DNA of 64,000 nt, taken from positions 283,001 to 347,000 of the forward strand of contig CAVWIP010000001.1 of NCBI GenBank assembly GCA_963755125.1, read 5' to 3'. This document shows, piece by piece, positions 48,914 through 59,189 of the stretch (positions are counted from its first letter, which is position 1; every line of letters starts with the position of its first letter). Under the pieces are notes generated by a model that worked only from the letters and a program-made list of their open reading frames with translations, did not search any database and was not told the origin of the DNA. The position numbers and the translations under genes are program-made. Source of the DNA: an uncultured delta proteobacterium. Lineage in GTDB: Bacteria > Myxococcota_A > Polyangia > Fen-1088.

Positions 48914-50493
48914 TTCGCCGTATCCGTGTGGGGGAAGCCGAGTCCCTGCACGACCATGTACTCGGTCGGGCTTCCTGGCTTGAGGTCAATGACCTCCACG
49001 TTGTTGTCCGCGTATCCGGCCACGAAGGCGATCGTCGGATCAGTGGGCGAAAACGTCAGGGCTGTGGGCCCGTGCCCCGCCTCGATGATGGCTACGACCA
49101 AGGGTGCTTGCGGGTCGACCACGTAAATCTCTCCCCCTTCGTAGCAGGTGATGAAGAGCAGGCTGCCTCGGCCCGCATCGTGGAACTGCATGTAGTTGGC
49201 CCCGCTGCAAATCTCGAGGATGGCGCTTGGTGTGTTGGCGGGCTGTCCGTTCTGGTCCGGTCGACGGTCGAGCACGATCAGCGCAGCAGGATCGGTGGAG
49301 GTTGATACGTCCGGTGAGTTGCGGTGGAGGACGTAGGCCTGGGTGCCATCGGGCGACAGGAGAAAACCACGCACATCCGTGCCCGACGGCAGGAAGGCGG
49401 ACGACTTGATCTGCTCGCCCGGGACCAGGGACAGGTCGCGAATCGTGCCGTCACAAATCTGTCCCGGCGATTGGCACTGCAGAACCATCCCCGTGATGTC
49501 CGGGCTCGTGCGGGCTACCGCATAGAGCACGCCGCTGGGATTGCCGGGATCGTTCAGGGTAAGGGCGGTGACACCCTGGACCGTGCTGGTCGGGAAGACG
49601 ACACGGGCGATCGAGTTGATAACGTTGGGCGCCTGGGGGTCCAGAAGGCCGCTGATGTCGATGGTTGAGATGCCGCCGCCCACGGTCTTTCCGGCCGCCG
49701 TGATGGTCAGGTGGCTGACATACAGGATCCCCAATGTCTGATCGAGGGCCAAGGCATGGGGCTCCTCGGGCAAGACATTGTCGGTGATGGCCGAGCCGCC
49801 CGGACGACGCACGCGCCAGTTGTCGTCGCAGAATGGGTTGTGAAGTTGCGGGTCCGCACTTTGCCGCGGACCGTTGCAGCGCATGTGCACGGAATCGCCG
49901 CTGTCGGTGACGTCGACGAACGTGATTGACGGTTCGGCCCGAACCACCATGAAAACACGACGCACCAATTCGCCGGCTGGATTCTGATAAGTCTGGATGG
50001 CCGCCTCGCCACCAAAGCTGCCGATCTGCACCGTGGCGTCGGATTGCACGTAGGCCCGCTCGTTGCAGTTGAGGACGTGCGGGCGGAGCAAATCGAAACA
50101 GCAGAACCTGTCCGACGTGCCGTCGAGGGTTGCCGCAGTCGTGTCGTCGGTGAAACTGTTCGCACTGCACTCGGACCAGGGAAAAGCCACGCCCCCGTCC
50201 GCAGACCACGGAGGCGCCGCGCCCCCATCGGTGGCCAGCCCCAGTCGATCGCTCTTCGCCTTCTGTAAGTCGATCGCGACCAGGGTTCCGGCGTTGAAAC
50301 GAAGGTCGTTGTTCGAATTGACCACGTAAAGCCAGTTGCCATCGGGATCAATCGCCAACCCAGCCGGCCAGAAGATTTGGTCCATGGGCGGATCGATCCC
50401 AGTCTGGCCGAGGCCGCAGCCGGCTCCGGCCAGGACAAGCGCCAAAAACAGGGAAAGCCAGAAAATCGGAACGCGGCCGACGGGGGATTTCAT
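48910..50493 (-). CDS. YncE/YVTN-like beta-propeller lipoprotein
   Basis: AGAGC lipobox, PAGLAIDPDGNWLYVVNSN, GPTALTFSP, DNNVEVIDL. Stop overlaps the next start (ATGA). Confidence 0.8.
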   Translation of the reverse strand: MKSPVGRVPIFWLSLFLALVLAGAGCGLGQTGIDPPMDQIFWPAGLAIDPDGNWLYVVNSNNDLRFNAGTLVAIDLQKAKSDRLGLATDGGAAPPWSADGGVAFPWSECSANSFTDDTTAATLDGTSDRFCCFDLLRPHVLNCNERAYVQSDATVQIGSFGGEAAIQTYQNPAGELVRRVFMVVRAEPSITFVDVTDSGDSVHMRCNGPRQSADPQLHNPFCDDNWRVRRPGGSAITDNVLPEEPHALALDQTLGILYVSHLTITAAGKTVGGGISTIDISGLLDPQAPNVINSIARVVFPTSTVQGVTALTLNDPGNPSGVLYAVARTSPDITGMVLQCQSPGQICDGTIRDLSLVPGEQIKSSAFLPSGTDVRGFLLSPDGTQAYVLHRNSPDVSTSTDPAALIVLDRRPDQNGQPANTPSAILEICSGANYMQFHDAGRGSLLFITCYEGGEIYVVDPQAPLVVAIIEAGHGPTALTFSPTDPTIAFVAGYADNNVEVIDLKPGSPTEYMVVQGLGFPHTDTAK

Positions 50494-50563
50494 CCGGACA
50501 TTTCCCCCGTCGGTAAGTCGCACCTGCCTGATGTCTCTCTTCCCTGTGACGGGCGGCGAGTCA

Positions 50564-53341
50564 CTACTTCTTGAGCACCGCCTGGGCGGCGGCTAGACGC
50601 GCGATGGGCAGGCGATACGGCGAACAGGACACGTAGTTGAGACCAAGCTCGTCGCACAACATCACCGAGCTTGGATCGCCGCCATGTTCGCCGCAAATGC
50701 CGATCTTGAGGTTCTCACGTGTCTTGCGACCGGCGACAACCGCCAGACGCATGAGCTGACCCACGCCATCCCGATCCAGACTGACGAATGGATCGACGTC
50801 GTAGATGTCCTTGGCCACGTAGTCGGCCAACACCTTGGGCACATCGTCGCGCGATAGACCGAACGTTGTTTGTGTCAAGTCGTTGGTGCCGAAAGAGAAG
50901 AACTCGGCAGTCGCGGCAATGGCGCCTGCAGTGAGCGCCGCGCGCGGCACCTCGATCATGGTGCCCACCAGGTACTTCAACTTGCGTCCCCTCTCCGTGA
51001 AGACCTCTGCGGCCACGCGGCGAACGATGGCCGCCTGGTGATCGATCTCTTTCTTGCTGCCCACCAGCGGAATCATGATCTCCGGCTCGACCACCGTGCC
51101 CTCGGCAGCCACATCACAGGCAGCCTCGAACACCGCGCGCGCCTGCATCTCGGTAATCTCGGGATACGAGATGCCCAAACGGCAACCGCGGTGGCCGAGC
51201 ATGGGGTTGGATTCCTTCAACTCATGAATGCGCGCCTCGACGGCGGCCACCGTCTTGCCCGTGGCACGTGCCAGTTCCAGCACGCCCGCATCGTCGTGGG
51301 GCAGGAACTCGTGCAGCGGCGGATCCAGGGTGCGGATGGTCACAGGCCGCTTGCCCATGGCGCGGAAGATTCCCGCGAAGTCCTCGCGCTGCAGGGGCAG
51401 CAACTTCTCCAGGGCCTTGCGTCGCGCGGCCTCGTTCTCGGCCACGATCATCTCGCGCATGGGACCGATCTTGCCTTCGCCGAAGAACATGTGCTCCGTA
51501 CGGCACAGGCCGATGCCCTCGGCGCCAAAGGCCACCGCCGCGGTCGCCTGGTCAGGCTGGTCGGCGTTGGCACGCACGTGTAGGCGACGGATCTTATCCG
51601 CCCAGCCCAGCAGCCGAGCGTAGCGCTGATAGGCCGGCGCGTCCTTGGAATCCAAGTTCTTTTCGATGAGCACGCGGATGACCTCGGACGGCGTGGTGTC
51701 CACGCGGCCGTTCATCACCTCGCCGGCGAAACCGTCGATGGAGATCCAGTCGCCTTCACGCAGCACCACGGGACCGTGAGCCGTGTTCACGCTCATGGTG
51801 CGGTTGTGGTAGTCGAAACTGACCGCATCGCATCCGACGATGCACACCTTACCCATCTGACGGGCGACCAGGGCCGCGTGCGAGGTCATGCCGCCGAAAG
51901 CGGTGAGGAAACCCTCGGACGCATTCATGCCGCGGATGTCCTCGGGCGAGGTCTCGTGCCGGCACAGGATGGTCTTCTCGCCGCGCGCGGCCCAGGCCTC
52001 GGCGTCCTCGGCAAAGAACACGATGCGTCCCGTAGCGGCGCCGGGGCCAGCAGGCAAGCCCTTGGCCAGCAGCCGGCCTTCCTTGACTGCGGCTTGCTTG
52101 GCGGCCGTCTCGAACACCGGGCGCAGAAGTTGGTTGAGCGCCTCGGGCTCGACGCGACGGATGGCTTCCTCCTTGGGAATCAGCTTCTCTTCCACCATCT
52201 CGACCGCGATGCGCACGCTGGCGAACCCGGTGCGCTTGCCGTTGCGGCACTGGAGCATGAACAGCTTCGAGTTCTCGATGGTGAACTCGATGTCCTGCAT
52301 GTCCTTGTAGTGCTTCTCCAGCTTCCTGCGGATATCGAGAAGCTGCTGATACGCCTTGGGGAAGCTCTTCCCCAGTTCGACGATCTTCTGTGGAGTGCGG
52401 ATGCCGGCGACCACGTCTTCGCCCTGCGCGTTGACCAGATACTCGCCGTAGAATTCGTTCTCGCCGTTGGCCGGGTTGCGCGTGAAGCACACGCCGGTCG
52501 CCGAGTCCTCGCCCTTGTTGCCGAACACCATGGCCTGCACGTTGACAGCGGTGCCCCAGGAGGCGGGGATGTTGTTGAGCTTGCGGTAGGCGTTGGCGCG
52601 GTCGTTCTCCCAGGAGTTGAACACCGCCATGATGGCGCCCCGGAGCTGATCGATTGGGTTGGTCGGAAATTCGACACCCTTGCGGCGCTTGATCTCGGCC
52701 TTGAACTCCTCGACCAGTTCCTTCAGCGCGGAGGCTGGAAGCTCGGAGTCGACCTGGACGCCCAGGGCCTTCTTCTTGGCCGTGAGAAGGACTTCAAAGG
52801 GATCGTGGTCCTCCTTGCGCTCCGGCTTCATGTCCAACACCACGTCGCCATACATGGCGACGAAGCGGCGATAGCTGTCATAGGCGAAGCGCTCGTTGTT
52901 GGACACCTTTGCCAACCCCTTGGCGGTCTCGTCGTTGAGGCCCAGATTGAGGATGGTGTCCATCATTCCGGGCATCGAGGCACGCGCGCCCGAGCGCACG
53001 GAAACCAGCAGTGGGTTGTTGGGGTCACCGAACTTCGTGCCCAGCAGCGCTTCCATCTTGGTGATGCTGGAACGCACCTCGTCCTCAAGCCCTTTGGGGA
53101 GCTTGCGTCCGCTGGCATAGAATTCGGTGCACACGTCGGTCGTGATGGTGAATCCAGGCGGAACCGGCGCACCGATGTTGGTCATCTCGGCGAGGTTGGC
53201 GCCCTTGCCGCCGAGGAGGTTCTTCATTTCCTTGTTGCCTTCGGCCTTGCCGCCGCCAAAGAAGTAGATGCGCTTGGCGCGCTTCGGGGTTGCGGACTTG
53301 ACCTTGGCTTTCTTGGAGGCTGGGGCTGTTTTCTTTTTCAT
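50564..53341 (-). CDS. ppdK: Pyruvate, phosphate dikinase
   Basis: [67 protein letters not shown]. Confidence 0.98.
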   Translation of the reverse strand: MKKKTAPASKKAKVKSATPKRAKRIYFFGGGKAEGNKEMKNLLGGKGANLAEMTNIGAPVPPGFTITTDVCTEFYASGRKLPKGLEDEVRSSITKMEALLGTKFGDPNNPLLVSVRSGARASMPGMMDTILNLGLNDETAKGLAKVSNNERFAYDSYRRFVAMYGDVVLDMKPERKEDHDPFEVLLTAKKKALGVQVDSELPASALKELVEEFKAEIKRRKGVEFPTNPIDQLRGAIMAVFNSWENDRANAYRKLNNIPASWGTAVNVQAMVFGNKGEDSATGVCFTRNPANGENEFYGEYLVNAQGEDVVAGIRTPQKIVELGKSFPKAYQQLLDIRRKLEKHYKDMQDIEFTIENSKLFMLQCRNGKRTGFASVRIAVEMVEEKLIPKEEAIRRVEPEALNQLLRPVFETAAKQAAVKEGRLLAKGLPAGPGAATGRIVFFAEDAEAWAARGEKTILCRHETSPEDIRGMNASEGFLTAFGGMTSHAALVARQMGKVCIVGCDAVSFDYHNRTMSVNTAHGPVVLREGDWISIDGFAGEVMNGRVDTTPSEVIRVLIEKNLDSKDAPAYQRYARLLGWADKIRRLHVRANADQPDQATAAVAFGAEGIGLCRTEHMFFGEGKIGPMREMIVAENEAARRKALEKLLPLQREDFAGIFRAMGKRPVTIRTLDPPLHEFLPHDDAGVLELARATGKTVAAVEARIHELKESNPMLGHRGCRLGISYPEITEMQARAVFEAACDVAAEGTVVEPEIMIPLVGSKKEIDHQAAIVRRVAAEVFTERGRKLKYLVGTMIEVPRAALTAGAIAATAEFFSFGTNDLTQTTFGLSRDDVPKVLADYVAKDIYDVDPFVSLDRDGVGQLMRLAVVAGRKTRENLKIGICGEHGGDPSSVMLCDELGLNYVSCSPYRLPIARLAAAQAVLKK

Positions 53342-53407
53342 GGTCCTGCTTCTAGTGGTTCGGGTGGAAGGGAACGGCGCCGTTTCTATCAGGGAGCGCC
53401 GACGATG

Positions 53408-53425
53408 AAAAGCCCCGCAAGGGGC
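53408..53425 (-). terminator. Probable intrinsic terminator between glyQS and ppdK
   Basis: Minus strand GCCCC-TTGC-GGGGC followed by TTTT, 12 bp after the glyQS stop. Confidence 0.55.
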
Positions 53426-53437
53426 GACCAACAAGAA

Positions 53438-55069
53438 CTAGCGCAGTCGTGTCAGGAGTGTCGGGCCGATTTCGCCGAGTGGCGCCCTCTCCTGCTGCAT
53501 GCTGTCCCGATCGCGCACGGTCACGGTCTTGTCTTCGAGGCTCTGGAAGTCGACTGTGATGCACCACGGCGTCCCGATCTCATCCTGGCGCCGATAGAGC
53601 TTGCCGATCGCGCCGGTGTCGTCGTACACGGCCCGCAAGCCGACCCGCTGCAAGTCGCGCTTGATGCCGCGAGCCAGTTCAACCAACCGGGGCTCGTTGC
53701 GCTTTAGCGGGAAAACAGCAACGGTCAGGGGCGCCAGGCGAGGGTGAAGATGCAGCACGGTGCGGGTGTGCTCCTCGGCGATCTTCTCCCCCACCCCGCG
53801 CACCTTCTTCATCACCTCGATCTTGCTGGCTTCCGCGTCATCCATCAGGCCAATCAGCGTCGGAAGCGTCGCCGGCAGACCGGCGGCAATTGATTCGGCG
53901 GCGGCCTGCAGGCGCTGCTTCACATCCGCGTCCATGCCTTCGCGTCGTCCCACCGAGCGGGCGAAACTCTCCACCAGTTCGTGCAGCTTGGCCGTGTCCT
54001 CGGCCGGCGGCTCCTTGACCAGCGAATCCTCGTAGGCGTCGCACAGGAACGCCAAGGTGCCCCGGTCCGCGCCCGCCGACGGCTCGATCACGTAGGGCAC
54101 GTAGTGCTTCTTCTGTTCCTGATCGAAGTAGTGCAGCTCACCCACGGCGTCGGGGTTCTCGGGCGAGCGGCTGTGCGCTTTCAGGTCGAAGTCTGTACGG
54201 TTGGCGATGCCTTCCAACTCGCTCCAGCCCATAGGGAACAGGTACTCCAGATCCACGCAGCGCTTGGCGTAGTGGGCCAACTCGTGCTTCTCCTGTTCGC
54301 GCACACGCAAGTTCTCGGCCCGAATTCCCAAATCCAGGTACCACCGCTTGCGCTCGGCGATCCACATCTCGTGCGCCGCCTCGTCCTCGCCCGGGCGCAC
54401 GAAATACTCGATCTCCATCTGCTCGAACTCGCGGGTGCGGAAGGTGAAGTTGCCTGGCGTGATCTCGTTGCGAAAGGCCTTGCCCACCTGGGCGATGCCA
54501 AAGGGCAACTTGCGACGCATAGTATCGAGCACGTTGCCGAAGTTGACGAACATGCCCTGCGCGGTCTCCGGGCGCAGGTATACCAGTCCCGATTCGTCGC
54601 CGGTGTCCACGGGCCCGACGCTGGTGCGGAACATCAGGTTGAAGGGCCGGGCCTCGGTCAGATCCTTCGAACCGCACTTCGGACACGCCAGTTCCTTGGC
54701 CGCGATCGCGGCGTTGATCTCAACTAGACCCTTGGGATCGTGTCCCTTCTGCGCCACGAAGACATGGTCGGCTCGCGGGCGGGCCTTGCAGGCACGGCAA
54801 TCGGTCATTGGGTCCGAGAAGGTGGCCTCGTGGCCGGAATACTTCCAGACCAGGCGATTCATCAGAATGGCCGCGTCCAGCCCCTCCATGTCGTCGCGCT
54901 CATGAACCACCGAGCGCCACCAAGCGCGCTTTACGTTGTTCTTGAGTTCCACGCCGAGTGGACCGTAGTCCCAGGTACTCCCGAGTCCGCCGTATACAGA
55001 GGAAGACGGGAACACGAATCCGCGGCGTTTGCACAGGCTGACGATGGTTTCCAGTGATGACGCTGGCAT
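53438..55069 (-). CDS. glyQS: Glycine--tRNA ligase, homodimeric alpha2 type
   Basis: LCKRRGFVF, DYGPLG, FNLMF, YLRPETAQG, GKAFRNEITP, REFEQMEIE, IEPSAGADR, IGKLYRRQDEIGTP. Confidence 0.96.
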   Translation of the reverse strand: MPASSLETIVSLCKRRGFVFPSSSVYGGLGSTWDYGPLGVELKNNVKRAWWRSVVHERDDMEGLDAAILMNRLVWKYSGHEATFSDPMTDCRACKARPRADHVFVAQKGHDPKGLVEINAAIAAKELACPKCGSKDLTEARPFNLMFRTSVGPVDTGDESGLVYLRPETAQGMFVNFGNVLDTMRRKLPFGIAQVGKAFRNEITPGNFTFRTREFEQMEIEYFVRPGEDEAAHEMWIAERKRWYLDLGIRAENLRVREQEKHELAHYAKRCVDLEYLFPMGWSELEGIANRTDFDLKAHSRSPENPDAVGELHYFDQEQKKHYVPYVIEPSAGADRGTLAFLCDAYEDSLVKEPPAEDTAKLHELVESFARSVGRREGMDADVKQRLQAAAESIAAGLPATLPTLIGLMDDAEASKIEVMKKVRGVGEKIAEEHTRTVLHLHPRLAPLTVAVFPLKRNEPRLVELARGIKRDLQRVGLRAVYDDTGAIGKLYRRQDEIGTPWCITVDFQSLEDKTVTVRDRDSMQQERAPLGEIGPTLLTRLR

Positions 55070-55223
55070 GGGGCGGGAATCTACTTGAGGGATTGTCCAC
55101 AGTCGACTGGTTAACACTGGGAAGGCAACCCGAGGTGCGTGTCCCCTAAACAGCCACCTCCCGCCGAGACCACAGAGTTGAGAGGAGAGGACACGGAGGG
55201 ATCCGGCGGGGTCGATGGAAGAA

Positions 55224-55979
55224 CTAGGTGTCGCCTCCCATCTTCTCGATAAAATCCAGTGAACGCAGATGCCCCGAGATGTGGGTGCGCACCAGCCCAA
55301 GGATTGCCCGTCGGCAACCAGCGTTGGTCTCGCGGTCCAGGGCTGCGGTTTCTGCCTCGGCCAACGCCATCCGGGATAGCCGGGCGAGTGCCTGGCGTGT
55401 AGCCGTGGTCAGGAGATCGCCCCGCCGGGCACAGGACGCACAGACCACCCCGCCCTGCTCCGGGTGCCAGCGCGTATTCTCATCGCCCAGATCGCTGCGC
55501 CCGCAGACGAAACAGCGGTCGAGCGCGGGGCCGAGTCCCAAGCGGCCGAGCAGCCCAAGCTCGAATACGCGCAGGCGCTCCGCACTGGCGCGCCCTGCTT
55601 CCAACCGTAGCAGGAATTCTTGGAGCCAGTCGAATACCGCCGGCTCGACGTGCCGGGGCGGGCACAGCCGGTCGCACAGCTCCAGGACATAGGCCGCGTG
55701 GGCCGTCTTGCCCATGTCACCCGCCAACCCAAGGCGCGCCTCTCTCGCTTCGAACTCCTCCAGCAGCAGCAGTTCTGCCCCTGGCCGTTCGCGCAGAGTT
55801 GCTTGGCCTTCGGCACCCATGCCCAACCCTCCGCCGAATCGCCGGGTGCTCTTGCGCGCGCCGCGGGCCAGGGCGGACAGCCTCCCGGTGGTTGCCCCGA
55901 GCATGGTCACCACCCGATCCGACTCACCATAGGCGACAGTCCGCAGGACAATAGCTCGCGTCGCGAACCTGGCGGCCAC
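55224..55979 (-). CDS. recO: DNA repair protein RecO
   Basis: AIVLR...YGESDRVV, ARGARKS.RRF, CxxC...CxxC zinc motif. Confidence 0.93.
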   Translation of the reverse strand: MAARFATRAIVLRTVAYGESDRVVTMLGATTGRLSALARGARKSTRRFGGGLGMGAEGQATLRERPGAELLLLEEFEAREARLGLAGDMGKTAHAAYVLELCDRLCPPRHVEPAVFDWLQEFLLRLEAGRASAERLRVFELGLLGRLGLGPALDRCFVCGRSDLGDENTRWHPEQGGVVCASCARRGDLLTTATRQALARLSRMALAEAETAALDRETNAGCRRAILGLVRTHISGHLRSLDFIEKMGGDT

Positions 55980-56026
55980 AGGATCAGGCTACCATGCTGC
56001 TGCGGCCATTTACCGGCCGCTCCCCC

Positions 56027-56527
56027 TCAGGCCCTGGCGATCAGGTGAGGAACGGGGTCGGCCGATTCGAGGCTCAGGCCCTCGCCCGATTGTGGCTGCT
56101 GGCGCAAGAACAGGGAAAGCGTGATGGTCGCAATGAGCAGCACGATGATAACGAAGACGGCCAGGCCAATCCCGTGCCGGGGCGCTTGCGCATCGTCGTC
56201 GCCGCTCGCCTCGGACGGCGGAAGGACTGGCGCCCGCTGCGAGCGCGAAGCAGGCGACAGACCGGGCAGGGTCTCGGCATTGCAGCGCGCTGCCACGGCT
56301 TCGTCGAAAAGGCTGAGCGCCTCGACGTGGGAGACGCCCACGGTCCGGGCATACGAACGGATGAAGCCACGTACGAAGGTCTCGTGGGGCAGGTCCGCGA
56401 GTTGCCCCTGCTCGATGAACTGCAGCGAGGTAAGCGAAACCTTGGTCTGCCGGGCGACATCTGCCAGCGATACCTGGCGTCGTTCACGAGCTTCCCGTAG
56501 CACCGTGCCGAAGTTTGCTGTTTCCAT
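56027..56527 (-). CDS. RodZ-like HTH membrane protein (short, lacking the periplasmic DUF4115 domain)
   Basis: GTVLREARE, IEQG...LP..FVRGFIRSYA and one TM helix. Confidence 0.85.
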   Translation of the reverse strand: METANFGTVLREARERRQVSLADVARQTKVSLTSLQFIEQGQLADLPHETFVRGFIRSYARTVGVSHVEALSLFDEAVAARCNAETLPGLSPASRSQRAPVLPPSEASGDDDAQAPRHGIGLAVFVIIVLLIATITLSLFLRQQPQSGEGLSLESADPVPHLIARA

Positions 56528-56546
56528 TCGCCAAGAACCTCTTATC

Positions 56547-57365
56547 TCACTGAATCAACTGTGCGTAGCGCCGGCATTCATCCGCGATACAACTGCGTGG
56601 GCCCATGTCGACGCAACGCTGAAAAAGTTCCCGTGCCGACGGAAGATCCCGCTTGCGTTCGTTGAGCAGTCCACCAAGGAGCTGCGCCTCCTGGATAGGA
56701 CACCGTTTGACATCAGCGATCACCGGAGCCAGCGCGTCCACTGCTTGGTCGATTTCGCCGCGGTCCACGTAGATCTTGGCAAGCCGGTAGCGGGCCACGC
56801 AGAACCCAGGTGCACGGCTCACGGCCTCGTGCAGCTCTTTCCACGCGCTCTGGATATCCTTTTTCTGGTAGTAGGCCCACCCAAGGTTCGCGCGCGCCAT
56901 CTCCGGTGTGCCGTAGGCGGCGTCCTTGAGCGCGTTCTGGGCCGCCTCGATGGCCGCGTCCCACGACTGGAGTTGGAACTCGGCCACTGAAAGGTTGTTC
57001 CAGGCCTCGGGAAATTCAGGCCTCAGTTCCACGGCTTTGCGCAAGTTCTTGATGGCTTCGTTGAACTTTGCTTGAGCCTCGCCGCGAACCAATTCGGCGT
57101 CCTTGCCCTTGAGACACGACGCACTTTCGAGCTGGACGACATAGTCGTGCCCCTGCCGGAGAGCGATGATCCCAAGCATGTTGTAGGCATCTGCATTTTC
57201 TGGATCAGCCTGTAGCGCCTTTTGCAGCTCCTCGATTGCGGCCTCGATCCGTTGCTCGCGAAAATTGCCAGCGGCGATCTGGTACCTAATCTGCGATTGC
57301 TCAGGATCTCGCTTGGGGCGCGAAGCGCACCCGGCATCGAGCAATAGCGCAAGACAAGTCCCCAT
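56547..57365 (-). CDS. tgl: TPR lipoprotein, Tgl/PilF-type type IV pilus pilotin
   Basis: DAGC lipobox, TPRs (PEAWNNL, YGTPEMARANLGWAY), paired cysteines (FCVA, RCPIQEA, RCVD...C). Adjacent to HTH and recO, as I recall for Myxococcus. Confidence 0.72.
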   Translation of the reverse strand: MGTCLALLLDAGCASRPKRDPEQSQIRYQIAAGNFREQRIEAAIEELQKALQADPENADAYNMLGIIALRQGHDYVVQLESASCLKGKDAELVRGEAQAKFNEAIKNLRKAVELRPEFPEAWNNLSVAEFQLQSWDAAIEAAQNALKDAAYGTPEMARANLGWAYYQKKDIQSAWKELHEAVSRAPGFCVARYRLAKIYVDRGEIDQAVDALAPVIADVKRCPIQEAQLLGGLLNERKRDLPSARELFQRCVDMGPRSCIADECRRYAQLIQ

Positions 57366-57542
57366 TGTTATCAGGAATCCTTTCGAGCCGCCGGCAAAAT
57401 TCGTCGTCTTTCCCAAAGGTTCTCGCTAGGTTAGCCTACCTGGCGCGGCAGGACGCTAGCAGGGCATCGGATCTCCTGTCAATGTGAAAGTGACAGCCCA
57501 GCGAACACTTCGCCACTGCCGCCGATTCCGGACCCACGATGC

Positions 57543-58178
57543 TCATACGCCGCGCGTCGCTGCACCCCAAATGTACTTGTGTACTTGCAGGTTGAGCCGG
57601 ACTGGGAGCCGGTCGCGCAGGATCCACGCCGCGAGGTCGCGGGGCTCGATCTTGCCGGCGGCTGGAGAAAAGAGAAGCTCAGCCCGTCCTGAAAGACCAC
57701 GGCTGCGCACCACCTCGGCTGACCACAGGTAGTCGGCCTCGTCACACAAGACGAACTTGATCGCATCCTGCGGCCGCAGACCGTGCAGGACGTCCCAAGA
57801 ATTGCGCTCGACCTCTCCGGAGCCGGGCGTCTTTATGTCCACGATGCGTATGACCGCGGGCGGGAGATGGGCCACCGGGTGCGTTCCCGAGGTTTCCAGC
57901 ATGACTCGGAACCCCTCGCCCACCAGCCGCTCGGCAAGGGTGGAAATCTCAGCTTGCAGCATCGGCTCTCCGCCAGTCAGAGCCACCGTGGAAAGGCCGA
58001 GTCGGCGAACTTCCAGCATGACGTCGTCGATGCTCATCTCTTTCCCGCCTGAAAATGCGTAGGTTGTGTCGCAGTATGAACAACGCAGATCGCAGCCGGT
58101 CGTCCGCACGAGCGTGCATGGGGTGCCGGCATACTGAGTTTCGCCCTGGATACAGGCGTAGATTTCGGTGATGCGCAT
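57543..58178 (-). CDS. queE: 7-carboxy-7-deazaguanine synthase (radical SAM)
   Basis: EIYACIQGE, GCDLRCSYCDT, LTGGEP, ETSG, DIKTP, QVHKYIW. Confidence 0.92.
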   Translation of the reverse strand: MRITEIYACIQGETQYAGTPCTLVRTTGCDLRCSYCDTTYAFSGGKEMSIDDVMLEVRRLGLSTVALTGGEPMLQAEISTLAERLVGEGFRVMLETSGTHPVAHLPPAVIRIVDIKTPGSGEVERNSWDVLHGLRPQDAIKFVLCDEADYLWSAEVVRSRGLSGRAELLFSPAAGKIEPRDLAAWILRDRLPVRLNLQVHKYIWGAATRGV

Positions 58179-58237
58179 GGATGACTGATTCGGACTATGG
58201 CCCGCGGCCACCGGGACGTCTATGGTATCCCGTGCCC

Positions 58238-59089
58238 ATGAGCGCCGCATCTGAACCCACGCAGGCAGAAACCCTCCTTGCAGGAGGTTTCGCGCTACAT
58301 GTCGAGCACTTTTCTTCCGCCGGCCCTCCACGATTGCTCCTCATCACGGTGCATGGATTCGGCGCCCATTGCGGGATCTATCGCCATGTCGCCGGGGCAC
58401 TGCGCGCGCGCGGAATCGCGGTGACTCAGTTTGACTGTCGCGGCCACGGCCGTTCGCAAGGGCGGCGCGGGCATGTCGACCGCTTCGACGACTACCACTC
58501 TGACCTGAGCCTGGTCGTGCGCCGAGCGCGCGAGCGAACGCCCGGCGTGCCCTGGGCGCTGATGGGACACAGTCTGGGTGGCGCGATCGTTCTGGATCAT
58601 GTGCTGCGCCAGCAGAGCCATCCACAGGCCGACCGGGTGGTCGCGGTAGCGCCATGGCTGGAGCTGAAGGTGAAGGTATCGATGCCCAAACGTGCGGCGG
58701 CAGAGTTCTTCTCCCACCTGAAGCCAACCCTGACCATTGAAAATGGCATCAAGGCCGAAGATGTGTCGCGCAGTCCAGAGGTAGTGGCCGATTTTTCCCG
58801 CGATCCCCTCGTCCATCACGTGGCCACTGCCGGCTGGTTCGCCGGGGTTCTGCGCACGCAAGCCGCTCTGCGCGCGATGGCCGCCCGGTTGCAAGTCCCC
58901 ACCTTGCTGCTGGTTGCCGGCCAGGATCGGATTGTGTCGACGGAAGCGTCGCTGGCCTTTGCCCAGGCGGCTGGAAGCAGAGCCGAGGTTCGTCTGTACC
59001 GGGAACTTTACCACGACCTATTTCTCGAGCCGGAACGCGAGCAAGTCGTCAGCGACGTGGCAGACTGGTTGCTAGAACCGAAGTCGTGA
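58238..59089 (+). CDS. Alpha/beta hydrolase (lysophospholipase/monoacylglycerol lipase-like)
   Basis: VHGFGAH, DCRGHGRS, GHSLGG, DRIV, YHDL. Confidence 0.92.
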   Translation: MSAASEPTQAETLLAGGFALHVEHFSSAGPPRLLLITVHGFGAHCGIYRHVAGALRARGIAVTQFDCRGHGRSQGRRGHVDRFDDYHSDLSLVVRRARERTPGVPWALMGHSLGGAIVLDHVLRQQSHPQADRVVAVAPWLELKVKVSMPKRAAAEFFSHLKPTLTIENGIKAEDVSRSPEVVADFSRDPLVHHVATAGWFAGVLRTQAALRAMAARLQVPTLLLVAGQDRIVSTEASLAFAQAAGSRAEVRLYRELYHDLFLEPEREQVVSDVADWLLEPKS

Positions 59090-59189
59090 TGAGGTGCTCC
59101 CGTGCCGGCGTCCTCGATCAATCGGAGGTCTGCCCTCACCGACCGAGGCGTCGCTGCCTACGAATGCCATACTTGGCTGGGAGAACATC

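Noticed and set aside
51776..53707. 643-aa ORF antisense to ppdK, and similar long antisense ORFs (5943-7415, 21251-22297, 33111-34301, 39548-40702)
   Set aside because: Shadow ORFs are expected opposite high-GC3 genes; they have no recognisable motifs.
55093..55101. DnaA-box-like TTGTCCACA upstream of glyQS
   Set aside because: Single copy with no cluster or unwinding element; compatible with chance and not an origin.
55070..55223. Possible T-box or riboswitch in the recO-glyQS gap
   Set aside because: No T-box consensus (GGTGGNACC) or terminator/antiterminator pair is visible, and the gap is short.
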